A stretch of DNA of 64,000 nt from NCBI GenBank assembly GCA_010909165.1, contig VJWM01000068.1:806001-870000 (forward strand). Reading direction: 5' to 3'. Source of the stretch: Anthoceros angustus. Its lineage: Eukaryota > Plantae > Anthocerotophyta. The translations under genes and the position numbers were made by a program. The notes under the pieces were generated by a model. The model did no database searches and was not told the origin of the DNA. It saw only the letters and a list, made by a program, of their open reading frames with translations. Shown here one piece after another: positions 11,678 through 24,841 of this stretch (its first letter is position 1; the number at the start of each line of letters is the position of its first letter).

Positions 11678-13283
11678 CGCTTCCCTTCCGCCTTCCCCAG
11701 CTCAGATCAGCTCCTTCTCTTGCAGTGCGGGGCAGGCAAATTTGCGAGTCTCTCAGAGCACAGAGCCAGCAGCGTGCCGTTTAAAATCCTCCTCCTCGAA
11801 CACGCCACGCTGCGCTTGCGACGGAAGCAACCACCGCAGCTCCCAGCTTCCGCGATCGAGGAGCGAAGGGAGGTGGAAGGCCGCTCTCAGGCGACAGGTG
11901 AGCCTGGAGCTCTTGTAGCGAAGCCCCACGCTCCACCGCGTGTGGCCGAGTGAGCATATTTTCCTTTGCCGAAAAGATTGCCTACCGAATTTTGAGTTAA
12001 AGGACCAACCCCGTTCACACCGAATCCAGGCCATTCCAGGCCGCCTTCACTGTGTGCAATCAGTTCAGCGTCAACTGCAAGGCCCCCACATCCTCTCCTT
12101 CCACCACAATACATACTGCACACGCAAGAGGATTTTTCTTTTCTCAATAAAAATTATAAATAGACTACCTAGCTACCTACCTACCAGTTTACCATTCCAT
12201 CCTCTCATAATAGCTTCTATTAAATATTTTATTATATTTTGATTATAATTATAAAAATATTTATGTTTTGTTATGTCTAACTTATGATTTAGATGAGTTT
12301 GAACATGACACATATTTATAACTTAGTAGGTAATTAGGATCAGTATTTTTCCACTTCTTTTCTTCTTCTTCCATATTCGATGGTAGTACAACTAAAGTAT
12401 AGAATGTGATCACGCAACAATGCATTGGCTTGAGTACCGAAGGCAGTCCGACCCCTGTTCGGGAGCCGGGGCTGCGCGTTCTCCTCATCCTCCGCGCTGT
12501 TGAGAGGCCGTTCAGGAGTGCGAACGCTTGGCGGGGCGGGGGAGGCCATCGCTTCCCTTCCGCCTTCCCCAGCTCAGATCAGCTCCTTCTCTTGCAGTGC
12601 GGGGCAGGCAAATTTGCGAGTCTCTCAGAGCACAGAGCCAGCAGCGTGCCGTTTAAAATCCTCCTCCTCGAACACGCCACGCTGCGCTTGCGACGGAAGC
12701 AACCACCGCAGCTCCCAGCTTCCGCGATCGAGGAGCGAAGGGAGGTGGAAGGCCGCTCTCAGGCGACAGGTGAGCCTGGAGCTCTTGTAGCGAAGCCCCA
12801 CGCTCCACCGCGTGTGGCCGAGTGAGCATATTTTCCTTTGCCGAAAAGATTGCCTACCGAATTTTGAGTTAAAGGACCAACCCGTTCACACCGAATCCAG
12901 GCCATTCAGGCCGCCTTCACTGTGTGCAATCAGTTCAGCGTCAACTGCAAGGCCCCCACATCCTCTCCTTCCACCACAATACATACTGCACACGCAAGAG
13001 GATTTTTCTTTTCTCAATAAAAATTATAAATAGACTACCTAGCTACCTACCTACCAGTTTACCATTCCATCCTCTCATAATAGCTTCTATTAAATATTTT
13101 ATTATATTTTGATTATAATTATAAAAATATTTATGTTTTGTTATGTCTAACTTATGATTTAGATGAGTTTGAACATGACACATATTTATAACTTAGTAGG
13201 TAATTAGGATCAGTATTTTTCCACTTCTTTTCTTCTTCTTCCATATTCTGATGAGTAGTACAACTAAAGTATAGAATGTGATC
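11541..13283. repeat. Tandem duplication, 872-bp unit (11541-12412 and 12413-13283)
   Basis: Near-identical copies at offset 872, including the ABCA start codon region and upstream DNA. The differences I saw are 1-bp indels. Confidence 0.95.
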
Positions 13284-13425
13284 CTGCAACACCAATAGCA
13301 AACTTTGATCACCTAAAGGTTATCACGGAAATGGTTATCACCATTTGTTTACTATTTATGTGAATAAAGAGCATGTGTCTTATGAGAGACACTTGTGGTT
13401 TCATGGTATTTATACCATCATCATC

Positions 13426-16354
13426 ATGTTGGACTCACTAAGACCTAGGAGGAAATCCACAGCCAGATCTTTTTGTTCAAGTACTGAAATACCAGGCTTC
13501 CAGAGTCTAGTATGGAAACCTGCTCATATTCCTGGAAGTAATGAGATTGAACCTTATATATCATGTCATCTTATCAAGAATTTGTTGGATGATGCACTTA
13601 TTATGTTGAGGTTAGTTGGCTACACTAGTCATGCTTTGATTTTAGTTCATTTTAAGTTCTTAACCTTGAAAGACTTCAATTGCCAACATGCAGAACCTTG
13701 AGTTTTGTCACGAGGGATTTGCTAGAAATTCCTGAATATGAACTTGAAGCAAAACTATCACCCGTAAGAAAATGCTATTGGGTACATAGCTTGAAGGGCA
13801 ATAGTTTTTGCCCACTAGAGTTTCCATAAGTACATCATAGGTTGCTTAAAACTTGTTATATGATCGTGAAATGTTGCTCAAATCTAGGAAATCCTTAAAG
13901 CGTTACAATGGCATATGAAAACATTGGATAATATGGACAATACTATAGCTGAGAACAAATGTTTTTCAGAAATGGACTTGGCGCATTCATCATGGCGACT
14001 TTGTTGTCTCTCCGTAGTAAGTTAATTTGATTTGCTTTTCTTGTGCCACATTTCATTTCGTATATCTATCAAAAACATTTAGTGATATTGATCTATAAAA
14101 TTTATGTTTGTCTCTAGATGCACAAAAATATGCTTCACGACATTATGAATTTTGGTAAAAGTCAAGCTCCTGGATTATTCATCTTTCAATATTGTTTTGA
14201 AAAGGTAGTTTCATGCCATTTTTAACTTAAAACTAGAAGATAGTATAAGACTCATGTCTATCAAATTCTCTCATGCCAAAATAATGTGCTGCATTATGCA
14301 TTGCAGATAAGGTTTTTAGCTCGAAAAAGACTCATTCTTACATTGGAAGAGGAAAACTCTATAGAGACTTATAGAGAAGAAGTATATAAACGTGAACAAA
14401 AGGTAAAATAATTAAAAAAACTTATTTCTTTCACTATCTTTTTCATTACTTCATAGATGAAATCTTAGGTTTATTACATATATAGACTTGACATAGAAAA
14501 TTGCTGAAACAGGCCATCAAGGAGCATACTGCTTTGTCCCAACAATTAGAACGGGAACGAGCAGAGAGAGCACGAAAATTGGCTCAATTTCAAGCTGATG
14601 AGCGTCAAGCCTATCGTAATGCTTATGTGCCTCACCTTTGAGGTGTTTTGTTTATTGGTAAATTGAGCTCAAATCATCTTAGTTTTTCTAGTACTAGAAA
14701 ACAAGCTTTTCTTGTGTTCAAGCGATTATCAAACTTTTTAAAATTTAGGTAATAAACAAAAGATCACTTTTTAATATCGCCTTACTGACTTTCTTATAGA
14801 GGCAATTGAAGATGCTAAAGCCTACTCTCTGGCCATGGAGTTACAGTTGTACACTGAATGCAAAGCAATTGAAGATAGAGAAGTTGCAGCTTTCCAAGCT
14901 CAGGTTTCTTTTTAAATCATTTACTTTCCGGGTGGATCACTATACATCATCAATACAAAGATATTGTCAAATTGACAATAATGTATACAACTATTTGGAT
15001 TGGACAGGAGAAACAACTATTGGAGGATAGTGGGAAGTTGGCAGAGGCACTCGATGATCAACAGGTGCTACCCTAGTAAAATTCTCTTCTTCTTTGTTAA
15101 AGAGATGAACAATTTCCTCTAATCCGAAGTCACGAAGTTAATATGACCGACATGCTAATTTACACAGAGAAGCAATAGAGACATGGAAATGTCATTAAGA
15201 GGAAAGAAAGAACAAAGTGTTGAAGAAGTTACAGCTCTACTAAATGAATATGATTCTGACATTCACAAAAGAACTGAAGAATTACACCATGTTATAGTGA
15301 GTTTGTCACTTCATTCATCCTTGAAATTTTGTGGAATTATTGTTTTTGTGACGAAAGATTAAATTGAAAATAAATGCAAAGTTCTCAATGAAAAGTAGAA
15401 ATAAATATCAATGTTGAAATTAACAAGGAAATAGATGCAAAATTCTTACTAAGAAGTTGAGAAACGTTAATACATAATACATAACAGTAGAGGGAGGTCT
15501 TGAAATGTTAATACCTAACAATAGAGGGAGGTCTTGAAACGTTAATACCTAACAGTGGAGGGAGGTCTTGCAACGTTAATACCTAACATTAGAGGGGAGG
15601 ACTTGAACCTTCGTCCTTGTGCTCATTAGCCTTAAACTAACTGGGCTACTCTAATTATTATTATTTGAATATGAGCCCACTTATTAATCTCATGCTTACT
15701 CTAATGTAATATTATAGGAAGAAAATGCGGAAATTGAACGGAAACTCAGAAGATACACCGCATATTTTGCCGAAGTTGCAAGATTGGTAAGTATTTGAAA
15801 ACTCATTACTGTCTTAAAATAGAATATTTCTAATTATCATATGTAACCATATTTTCTCATTCATATGGAAAAAAAATCACATAATTATGCTATGTTACAG
15901 GATGCTATACAAGCCGAAGGAGCTAGAATAGCAAGCATATTCTATGAGGTAATATACAAAGTTTTGTATAATATACACATCTCATATCACCACATCCTGT
16001 AATGAATAAAATATTCAATATATAAAAAAACTTAATTCCTTCTTAAGAATTTTAATCCTTACATAATAAACAGATAAAAGCAATCTATCATGCGACAAGA
16101 CATATTGCTGCAAGGAGAATCCAACGATGCTATAAAAAATGGCGAGCATGGAAAAAAGAGCAGGCCAAAAAAGCTGCTGTAAGAAATATAAAAGATTAAA
16201 ATTATTTTAAATATTTTTTTTTGAGATATCTATTAACCAAGGTATATGCTTCATTATTTACTCTGGACAGAAAAAAGCCAAGAAAGCAAAGAAGGGTAAG
16301 AAGGGAGGAAAGGACGATAAGAAGAAAGGCTCAAGTTCAAAACGCAAGAAGTAG
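13426..16354 (+). CDS. DRC10: Nexin-dynein regulatory complex subunit 10 (IQCD-like), many short exons
   Basis: Exons read ...IKNLLDDALIMLR|TLSFVTRDLLE...|...LAHSSWRLC; SNRDMEMSLRGKKEQSVEEVTALLNEYDSDIHKRTEEL; IQ motif AARRIQRCYKKWR; Lys/Gly tail KKAKKGKKGGKDDKKKGSSSKRKK*. This matches the coiled-coil + IQ + K-rich layout of IQCD/DRC10. Start codon uncertain. Confidence 0.75.
15464..15653 (-). repeat. tRNA-derived SINE/pseudogene (15591-15653) with four 34-bp tandem copies of its 3' end, inside a DRC10 intron
   Basis: The minus strand reads TAGAGTAGCCCAGTTAG (A-box-like)...CTAATGAG...GGTTCAAGTCC (B-box). Unit GTTAATACCTAACAATAGAGGGAGGTCTTGAAAC recurs at ~15466, 15507, 15541 and 15575. Confidence 0.65.
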
Positions 16355-16919
16355 TAGGTGGAGTGTAATAACATGAGAACTGCGCAGTTTGTAGCTACCT
16401 ACTCTGTCCGAGATAGAAAAGGTGATTCCATCCTCCTTCGGGGAAAGTAAGGTTGCAAGAACTCAGCTCCTTCGTTCGACTTAAAAACGTCGCCAGGGCC
16501 CACCGAGTGTACGTGCTGGTACGGTGGATCCATGGATCCAGACGCGAACGAGTTATAGACCACACAGGCTGCAGCCTGACGTCTCTCAAATTGACTCGTG
16601 GCTGTCGCCACTCAGCTTTCAAACTCGTCCTCTCATTTGATGACGGCAGTGTCGCGAAGCTCCACTCAATGCAATTCTATGGTGAAAAGTGAGGTACAGT
16701 ACACCCAGACGGAAACCGCAAGGACAAGCAGCACCAATTTGGTCTCATCTTCTGCTCTTCAGAGCGATAAAAAAGCTGCACCATGTGATGCGTGTAACTG
16801 TGCGATGCCTGCCTACGGAAGAGGAGAGTGTGACAACGAGAGCTGACCCGCTCTGGATAGAAACCTGAATCAGGGAATAGAGATAGTGGACGAGGACTGA
16901 ACCACATGGGAAGTGATAG

Positions 16920-17090
16920 AACAAGACATCACAAGGTACGGTAAGATATATCACAAGGAAAGCCGTCTGTGACTCGAGGCTCGCTGCAAATGGTTCATGG
17001 GCAGTGATAGACACAAGAAATTACAAGGTATGGTAGGCTGCAGTCACAAGGAACCCAGTCCGTGATTCGAGGCTCGCTGCAAATGGTGTA
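16920..17090. repeat. Diverged direct repeat, ~92-bp offset
   Basis: ACAAG..ACAAGGTAYGGTA...TCACAAGGAA...GTGAYTCGAGGCTCGCTGCAAATGGT occurs twice. Confidence 0.7.
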
Positions 17091-17474
17091 AGGTAAACAA
17101 GTCACCTCTGGGTAGTGAGTGAGTGCGTGAGTGAGTGAGTGAGAGAGGAGCTTACAGCACCTGGAGGAGATTAGAGCACGGACACACTAAGGCCACAAGT
17201 CAATAACTGCCAGCGCAGACTTGAAATGGTGCACAATCGTCACATCACCTGCAGAATGAAGGGCAAGACAGACAACCTTATGAAGGAAATCATGCAGGGT
17301 CCAAGACATGCCTCAAAGCACAACAAGGGAGTCACTGGCAAAGCATGGGGAGGTTCAGAACTAAGAAGCACCTACATCCAGATGAACCCAATGACCAAAT
17401 CCGGGTGACTGAGTTGCATGACATTATTGAGCACTAGAGACAGGCACAGCATCATCCAAGTGTGTTTGCAGGTT

Positions 17475-19265
17475 TTAATCTAAGGCTGCCTTGTTGCGAC
17501 GTGTAGGCTTTACCAAGCCTGAAAGTGAACCACTTTGGCTGGATACCTGTAGAGGGCCAGGAGAGTCTCCTCGGTTCCTCGAAGGAGTGATAAAAGGAAA
17601 CTTTTCAGCACTTGCTGTTCGACGTATCTTCGACAGCAGGTTCTCTACTGAGTTCCCTCCTAGCAAAGAAGATCCCATAACCCTCCCCCCACTTCCTCCT
17701 TGGCTGAATCCACCTTCCCCGCTGGTTTGCACACCATTTGATGGGGGTCGTGGTAAGGAGGGAGGTGTCTCTGTTTCTCGCAACCTTAAACCCGAAGTCC
17801 TGGTTGATAAGGGAAGCCTTGCAGGGGAAATGGTTCTATCTACACCGCCTGCATCCTGCTTCTCTGTTATCTCTGAAGGTGAATCAACCAAAGAAGCAGT
17901 ACCCTCCACCTTCGGGCGCCTCCTAACAGGCCTTTCACCCATTCTGTCTACATCAATGACATCACCAGCATTACCAGATACCTCCAGTCTCTCTCGACTG
18001 GGTCTCCTATGGTGCTCAGGCGTATTGGAAAACTCGCTGCTAGATAGCCCAGGTGACTCTTGCCGATCTCGACTAGGTCTTCTGTGATGCCCAGGCATGA
18101 CAGTGGTAACAGGCTCCACAGCATACAGCTCTTGCTTAGTTGCTGATTCAATGTGATAGTCAAAGCCAGTTGCCCTAGCACCACTAACAACCGGCTTATC
18201 ACCACACAACCAGCCACCTTGACCCGACAGCCCGGGCATACATGGGGGTGAAAATGGCTCATCCTCGGAGTGACACTCACTGTCCGACTTGTAGACCGCC
18301 ATCTCCATGCCCTCGTCAGTAACTTTGGTGCTCGGGGATGTGAGTCCATAGTACCCTCTGAGAAGTCCCATCGCAGATGTCACGGTCCTCTTGTCAGAAG
18401 GCTTTTGGGCTTTCGGGTTTGCCAACGATCCATACTTGAATTGGGTATGTTTTTTCAAACGAGAAGACGGATGAACCTCCTCAGACCTATTCAACAGACA
18501 AACTTGGATCAATGACTTGCAACCAACATCAAGGCGCCTGCTGGGGGACTTAAAACCCCGGCCAAAATGTATTCCACCCTTGCTACCCTTCTTTACGTTC
18601 GAGTGGACCCTTAAACTATGGGCCTCCGACATACCTCGGACTGGATTGATCACTGGACAACACGGCAGACGGCGGGTGCCTCCCAGGTAGAGGTATTCGC
18701 AAAGTTTGAAGACCAAACATCTGGATGTCTGTCTGTAATCCGTTCATGCGTTTTATGTCAGCAACCTGCACAGTGAACCTTTAGCTCAGTCCTTGCCCAT
18801 TTCACAAACACACGGGAACAAGGTTCGCCCTGCACGGCGTAACCACATAAAGAAAGTGACTTGGCACACACGCACATCCACTATTTCTTACTTGACAGAA
18901 CCTACTACTCAAGATGGACGTAAGGCTGAGCAGCAGTGCTGCGCCGTGTGAGTTTAACCTTGAGCCTCACGTTCATCTTGAACAGTACATTGTGCCCGCT
19001 GTCCTTGAGATGTCACCGTCTTGATCTACTACAGAAGGGAGCTACAAGATCCAACCTAAGCATCTGGTTCAAAACCATTGCAGCCATGCCATCATCCAAT
19101 GCTGCCAACAGAGACATTTACCTCGACACCATACTTGATGGCTACCCCCGCCAGGGTGTCCAGCTTCGTAACCTTATGTTCAATGCACCCGCGGGCATTT
19201 AAAAAGCTGGAATCGCCGCTGGATACACTGGAAGCAGAAGAAGAGGAGGAAAGCCTACTGGCCAT
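17475..19265 (-). CDS. Non-secreted single-LysM-domain protein, 3 exons
   Basis: CIEHKVTKLDTLAGVAIKYGVE|VADIKRMNGLQTDIQMFGLQTLRIPLPGRHPPS is a LysM domain. AMGLLRGYYGL and the C-terminal RRNKAALD* are typical of this plant family. Start may lie further upstream. Confidence 0.9.
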
Positions 19266-20635
19266 ATTCAAGCCGGAGCAGCAGAAGTTAGCCCTACTGT
19301 TCGGAAGCAGAGAAGACAGAGAGCCGTGACGAGCGCACCGCAACAAGTTGGAACAGCCACGATGCCCCATGCAGCTCCCTTCCTGCACGGTTGAATCTGG
19401 AGCTACAACGCACTACTTCGCCGATCCCCGCGATCACCACAGCCATCCAACACCACGACACTCACGAAAATGTCACATCACTAAACGATCACCGATATTT
19501 CCTGTCCCATCCATGATCCCCAAGCTAATGCGAATCCAGCAGCCCCGCCCTGACCACATCCACTACCGTCACCTGATACCGCAACATTGGATCTGCTTTT
19601 CCCGCTTCCTCCCGATACTATCAGCGTGCTGCACACAACCCTTACCTGTCCAACGTAGTGCACTCTACAGGAATGTCCATTCCGCCATCAAAACCGATTC
19701 AATTCAATATCTACCACCGCTCCCGCATTGGTCAAGGCACAGTCCAGGCGTCCGCTTGCGTCACAGATCCATCAGAAGGTGAGCCTGCGCCAGCGAGGTG
19801 ACGGTGCAACGCAGAAAAACCCCACTGGCATGGCTCCCCAAGCCAACGGGGCAAAGAAGCGCTATCGCACCTACAACCAGCGCCGGGAAAAGGACCTGGC
19901 AAGCGCAGACCCGCATCCGCTCATCCAGGCTGGGATGCAATCGGATCCCCGTGCTAGAACGCGGGCAGCTGGAGTCCGGCAGATCGGAATTTGTGGCTCT
20001 TGCACCATGCACTGGAACATGCACCCGCACCGCATGCACCGAGCTGAGACCTGGTCAAGTGGCGCCCATGGTTGCAAAAATTTGTTCCGCGGCTGGCTAC
20101 CCGCGGCACGCGCTGGACGAGGACGCAGCAGGAGTGCACGTGAGAAAGACGGGAGGTCCTGGTTGCATGATGTTGAGCTTCAATTGCGCAATTTGTACAT
20201 ACGGTTTTTCAGCCCATTTGGTTCTAAACGGGTGTATGTCTATGTACATCCCAAATGGGCTGAAAAACTAAGTGATAACCAGGTAGTGTGAATTTTAAAT
20301 GAGAATCTAATCCCCTACCCATCTACCCATAGAAGAAGAGGAATTTTTTTTTAGTCCACTTAAGGACCGATGTTCGTCAAGGGACTGAAATATGATGAGT
20401 AAATAGAATTATCTATTAAATTTATATATAATTATTTTTCATCATAATATTTATATAAGAAAGTTGGTGAGCTCATGTTCTTAAAGGGAGGCAAGCATGT
20501 CCACTTAAGTACATCATGATATTTTTTCCAAGAGGATGACATCATAAAAAAAAAGATTTTAATATCTAGGAGGATGATGACATCATATTATTTTCTACAC
20601 TTAAAAGGATGTCTATCCCTTTAACTGATGAAAGA

Positions 20636-20722
20636 AATAGAGTAGACATTATTAATAGACAAGATGGGAAATCCCATCTACCCATGAAGTCCAAGGAGGA
20701 ACAACCCAAAAAGGGCTAATGG
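20636..20722 (-). repeat. Isolated copy of the 3'-terminal motif of the CRE-like element
   Basis: TAGAGTAGAC...AGATGGGAAATCCCATCTACCC...GGAGGAACAACCCAAAAAGGGCTAAT matches 25871-25955. Confidence 0.7.
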
Positions 20723-21467
20723 TTAACTAATGTATCCTTGAGGGCTGTAGAATTTCTGCATCTTTCCATGTCTTTCACGCATAAGTGTCATGGGTGGGCG
20801 CATCCGTTTATTTCTTGTTAAGATACTACGGTAATACGATGCAAGGAGACAAGAACGGATAATAATAGAAACAACTCGGCTGGTTAATGGTTAACATTAT
20901 ACCTCATGATATGATAGGTAGAAATTTCTAACAAAGCATTGATCATTATTGAATTTTTAAATATTATTAGTATTAAATTGATATGTGGTCGGATTTTGTA
21001 TTGCTTTAGGCTTCACCAATTTCGCTTAAGGTATTACGCAAGCCTTGCGCTTACAAAGTGTCTGGGTGACGCCCGCCCGGTTCCTCCGATATTGAAACCA
21101 CTCGCGTCCCTACCGACTGTCATAAAACAGTGGGAAAGCGTTTCGCACGATTTCGAGCTTCGAGCTTCCCATAACGCTGATGTGGTATGGGAGAAGCGAG
21201 CGAGGAGAGATGGGGCAGCGCATCGCGCACAAATTTTCAGGTAAGAAACGCTTGAACCAATTTGGCATAATATCACAAAGAATGTCTCGAAGAAAAAAAT
21301 ACAAGCCCCGGCATGGACACTACGAGAAACAACCTGTGGGTGTGGCGGCATCCTTGCGAGTATGATGAAGAAATACCGCAGGGATGACAATGCTGCCCAT
21401 TACGAAGCCTCATTACAAGCATCACGAGAAGCCAGTAGCCGGCTTACCCTCGCTGGCAAACCCTCCT

Positions 21468-24400
21468 TCACATCCTGGGGAACACGCCTGAGAAATTTGG
21501 TATTCTATTCAAGTGTTTCAAAGCTCTCTCGGCGAGCTGGCGGGAAGGATAGGTTCCATATTTGAAAGCGTCCACCAATGCTGTATGTACGTTAGGATCA
21601 GCAGCAATCATCCCTGCCAGATCTCCATATCGCAGAATCCTTTCCACCATCCACACAGCCCGCTCTCTCAGAAGCTCTGTCCTATGCGTTTGCAATATAA
21701 GCAGGATAGGTTGGAAGGCATGCTCGTCATAAAGTACACGCACTCCTTTTTCCACGTCGACTCCGTCCCTGATCAGGGTAGACAGGGCCCCCATGGCTGC
21801 CTCAACAGTAGCTTGATTTGCACTGTCCAATAGACCAACAAGCGGTACTATTGCTCGTGCCTCCAGAAGACAAAAAGAGGTGTTTGGAGAGCACTGACCT
21901 CCGTGGATTACACAAAGACCAGTGGGTGGAGGTGGCGGAGGCTGGAAGCAGGCAAAGCAGCCCTTCGCAGGTGGGACATCTGGATACTCGGACAGCTCTT
22001 GCGACTTCGATGAGAGATTTTCAAGTGCAACTGCAGACCAGCAGTGCACTTCATCCAAGTTCGTCTGCAGTAATGAGGTGAAGAGGGACACGAGATCATA
22101 CTGCTTGGCAAGACGAAGTATATCATCATCATCCAGCCCATAGGTGAATCTTGCAAGAGTTCCCACTAAGCCTTCTTGGAATGGATTCATAAGCCGACCA
22201 GCTCCTCTCACAGTGCCTCTCCTCAATTCCTCGATCCGTTTCACTAATATTTGCACAGCATTCTCTCCTAAAAGAGCACGCGTGAGGTCCAAATCTGTTG
22301 GTGGAAGATTCGCCAGAAGCCCAGCTGCTGCAGCTTGCTCTTCCATAATTCCTGCTGCTTCAAGAAGCCTCACGAGGGTCCCCAACTGACGTGTTGTCAC
22401 TCTAAGCCCATCTGCCAGCTCTTGTCCCATGCAAGGCGACAGTCGATTGAGTAACTTGAGCGAGATCACCCGAAGATCCTTCTGTGGGACCTCCAAGAAC
22501 TGGATCAAGCTTACAAGGGCACCTGCACTTTTTATGTATGCCACTACCTTCGTTAGGATATTTGGAGAAGATGCCAAGCCCACAAGCACCTGAAGCAACC
22601 TGGCCTCGATAGCTGGGCCAGTGTTACTGATAAGAAGGAGGAAATCATGAACAATCACCTCCGACGCCAAGGTGTTACCTTCATCATCAATAGGAACGAA
22701 CTCAAAATCTTCTCCAGAGCTCACCACCTGTGCAAGCACTGTTGCTGACACCTCTTTCACCCTAATAGGAACCTGATTACCTCCCACTGCAAAGAGATCC
22801 TTCACAAGTGGTGGAAGGATTCCAGCATCTATGAGTAACTTTGAGTTGGTCTCGAGCATAGAGAGACTCTTCAAAGCTTTCAAGGCAGCCTCATGTGCTG
22901 CCAACTTCTTACTGCTTAGCATCTCAACAAGGGTAGCTCCCCCAACCTCCGCCACCCTTGCTTTTCCTTCCCCTGTCAAGGGAACATTGGCAAGATCATT
23001 TGCCATGTCGATCTGAAGTTCCTCTGAACCTGCCATGGCATACGAGTCAAAAACCTTACGGTGGACAAAAGCCAATGTTAGCCAACATGAGGCAGTCAGG
23101 CCATCGGAAGAACTTCTCCCAACAAACGGACCAGCTAAAACCCTACACAACCCTTGGTACAGCAGTCAGCGAGACCTACTCCTGCACAAGACAACATTTA
23201 CCTTGAACCAGCCTTCTGAGGAGAGGTTGCAGGCGCCCATTTTCAGCCATCTGGCGAACATTCTGGTCACAGCCCTCCAAGTTTTCCAGCGTTTTTTCTG
23301 CCTTCTCTGCGCAGACAAGGTCAACAGAGTTGCTGCTTGTCATGCCAACGAGGATCAAAATCGCTCCATTGGTTGCACCAATCTTCTCACAAAGAGAGGA
23401 ACTATAAGAGAGCTCCAACAACAGGGACGCAGCCTCCTCTCGCTCTTGAGGTGAGTCCCTGTTTAAACTTTTCACGCAAGTTCGAATAGCATCGGTCTTT
23501 CCAATAGCTTCCTGCAAAAGAGCAAATCAACACACAGACACGCACAATGAGATCCTCCCAGTTAAAGCTGCTTGTGCAGTGACTCTCACACTGTAAAGGC
23601 CAAAAGCTTACCCGGTTGTCCTCGTCATCTTGTGCAAGTATGCACAAAGTAGCAAGAGCATAGGATCTCACTTGAGGACCATCCTTCATCCGTTCAACAA
23701 TCAACGGAATAAGCCCAGCATTTCTGATCCTATCCCGGTTGTGCTTATTCTGGTGGCAGAGAGACTGCAGGTCTTGGAGAGCATACACCTTATCGGCTTC
23801 AGGATTTTTGTCGATGAGATTCAGGCATGCGTTATCAATCCTGAACCCCTCATTCCTATGCGTCCATTCCTCAATGGTATTTCGCAGAGCAAGGCTCGGC
23901 TTCAGCACCGTGCTCTCTAGCTGCTTTCCAGTCATAGGGCACACGGGAGCCTTCTCATTCTCCCGACATTCTTTGAACCAGCGTTCAATTGCACTCTTCT
24001 CATAGGTCTGTCCAGTTTCCAGCGTGACAGGGTCCCGCATAACCTGCTTGGTCAAGGGGCACACGAACGCTTCATACAGAGGCTCCACCCGCCTGTGCTC
24101 CTTGTGTCCTGTCCCGGCCTCTGAAGGAGCCGGATGCTCATAGAACTGCACCCAGTTCTCAAAGATATTGTCGATGATATCCAGCATGTGAAGGTCATAT
24201 GCCTCCATGGAATCCTGCAGATCCGTCTTGAGCAAATCAATCTCATTCCTCAGCGCACTCGGGTTCCTCCCAAGATCATTCACCCCCACGGACCTGGCAA
24301 TATCCATCAAGATCCCAGTCTGCACCGCGACATCGTTCCGTATATTACTGTTCTTACGCTCCAGCGTGAGGCAGATCCGCTCCTCCGTCTCCTTCACCCT

Positions 24401-24841
24401 GAAATGCACATTCTGCATGTCCCTCGCCAAGCTGTCCGCCAGAGCTTTAGTATCTTGGTGCCCGAGCACGGCCGCAAGCGGCACCTCACTCAACCTCCCC
24501 CCGACATCCCGCGTGATTTTCTCCAGCTGCTTCAGAATGGATCGACAGTGCGTGAGCAGATATATCTTGCTCTTATTCGTGCACACCATGATCAACTCGT
24601 TCGCATTATCAAGATCCTGCTTCAATCCCTCCAAGACATCCAGCACCTCCTTGGACGAATCCCGTCCCTTGTACAGCTCGATCACCACGGGCAAAATCTG
24701 CTCCAAGTACCCGGAAAACTGCACAAAACTGTCCTGCTCCACCACCACATCCTTAGCCGAGCTGGCGACCTCCGTCAGCCTGCTGATGAGAAACTGTCCT
24801 AACGCCAGCACCACGGGAGGGGTTTCCGAGCCCGGCTTCAT
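21468..24841 (-). CDS. U-box/ARM E3 ubiquitin ligase, PUB43/PUB44(SAUL1) type, with an N-terminal helical (UND-like) domain; exons 24841-23612, 23511-23202, 23029-21468
   Basis: U-box VEPLYEAFVCPLTKQVMRDPVTLETGQTYEKSAIERWFKEC...LKPSLALRNTIEEW; ARM repeats; GLCVIHGGQCS...FCLLEA; end ERALKHLNRIPNFSGVF. Confidence 0.93.

Noticed and set aside
12340-12549. Second ABCA-like gene
   Set aside because: It is only the duplicated first-exon fragment and terminates in AT-rich DNA.
13000-16360. AT-rich island as horizontal transfer or organellar insertion
   Set aside because: It has many spliceosomal GT-AG introns and encodes a eukaryotic axonemal-type protein.
17115-17145. (GTGA)n microsatellite; also (CA)n near 32750
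   Set aside because: Ordinary simple repeats.
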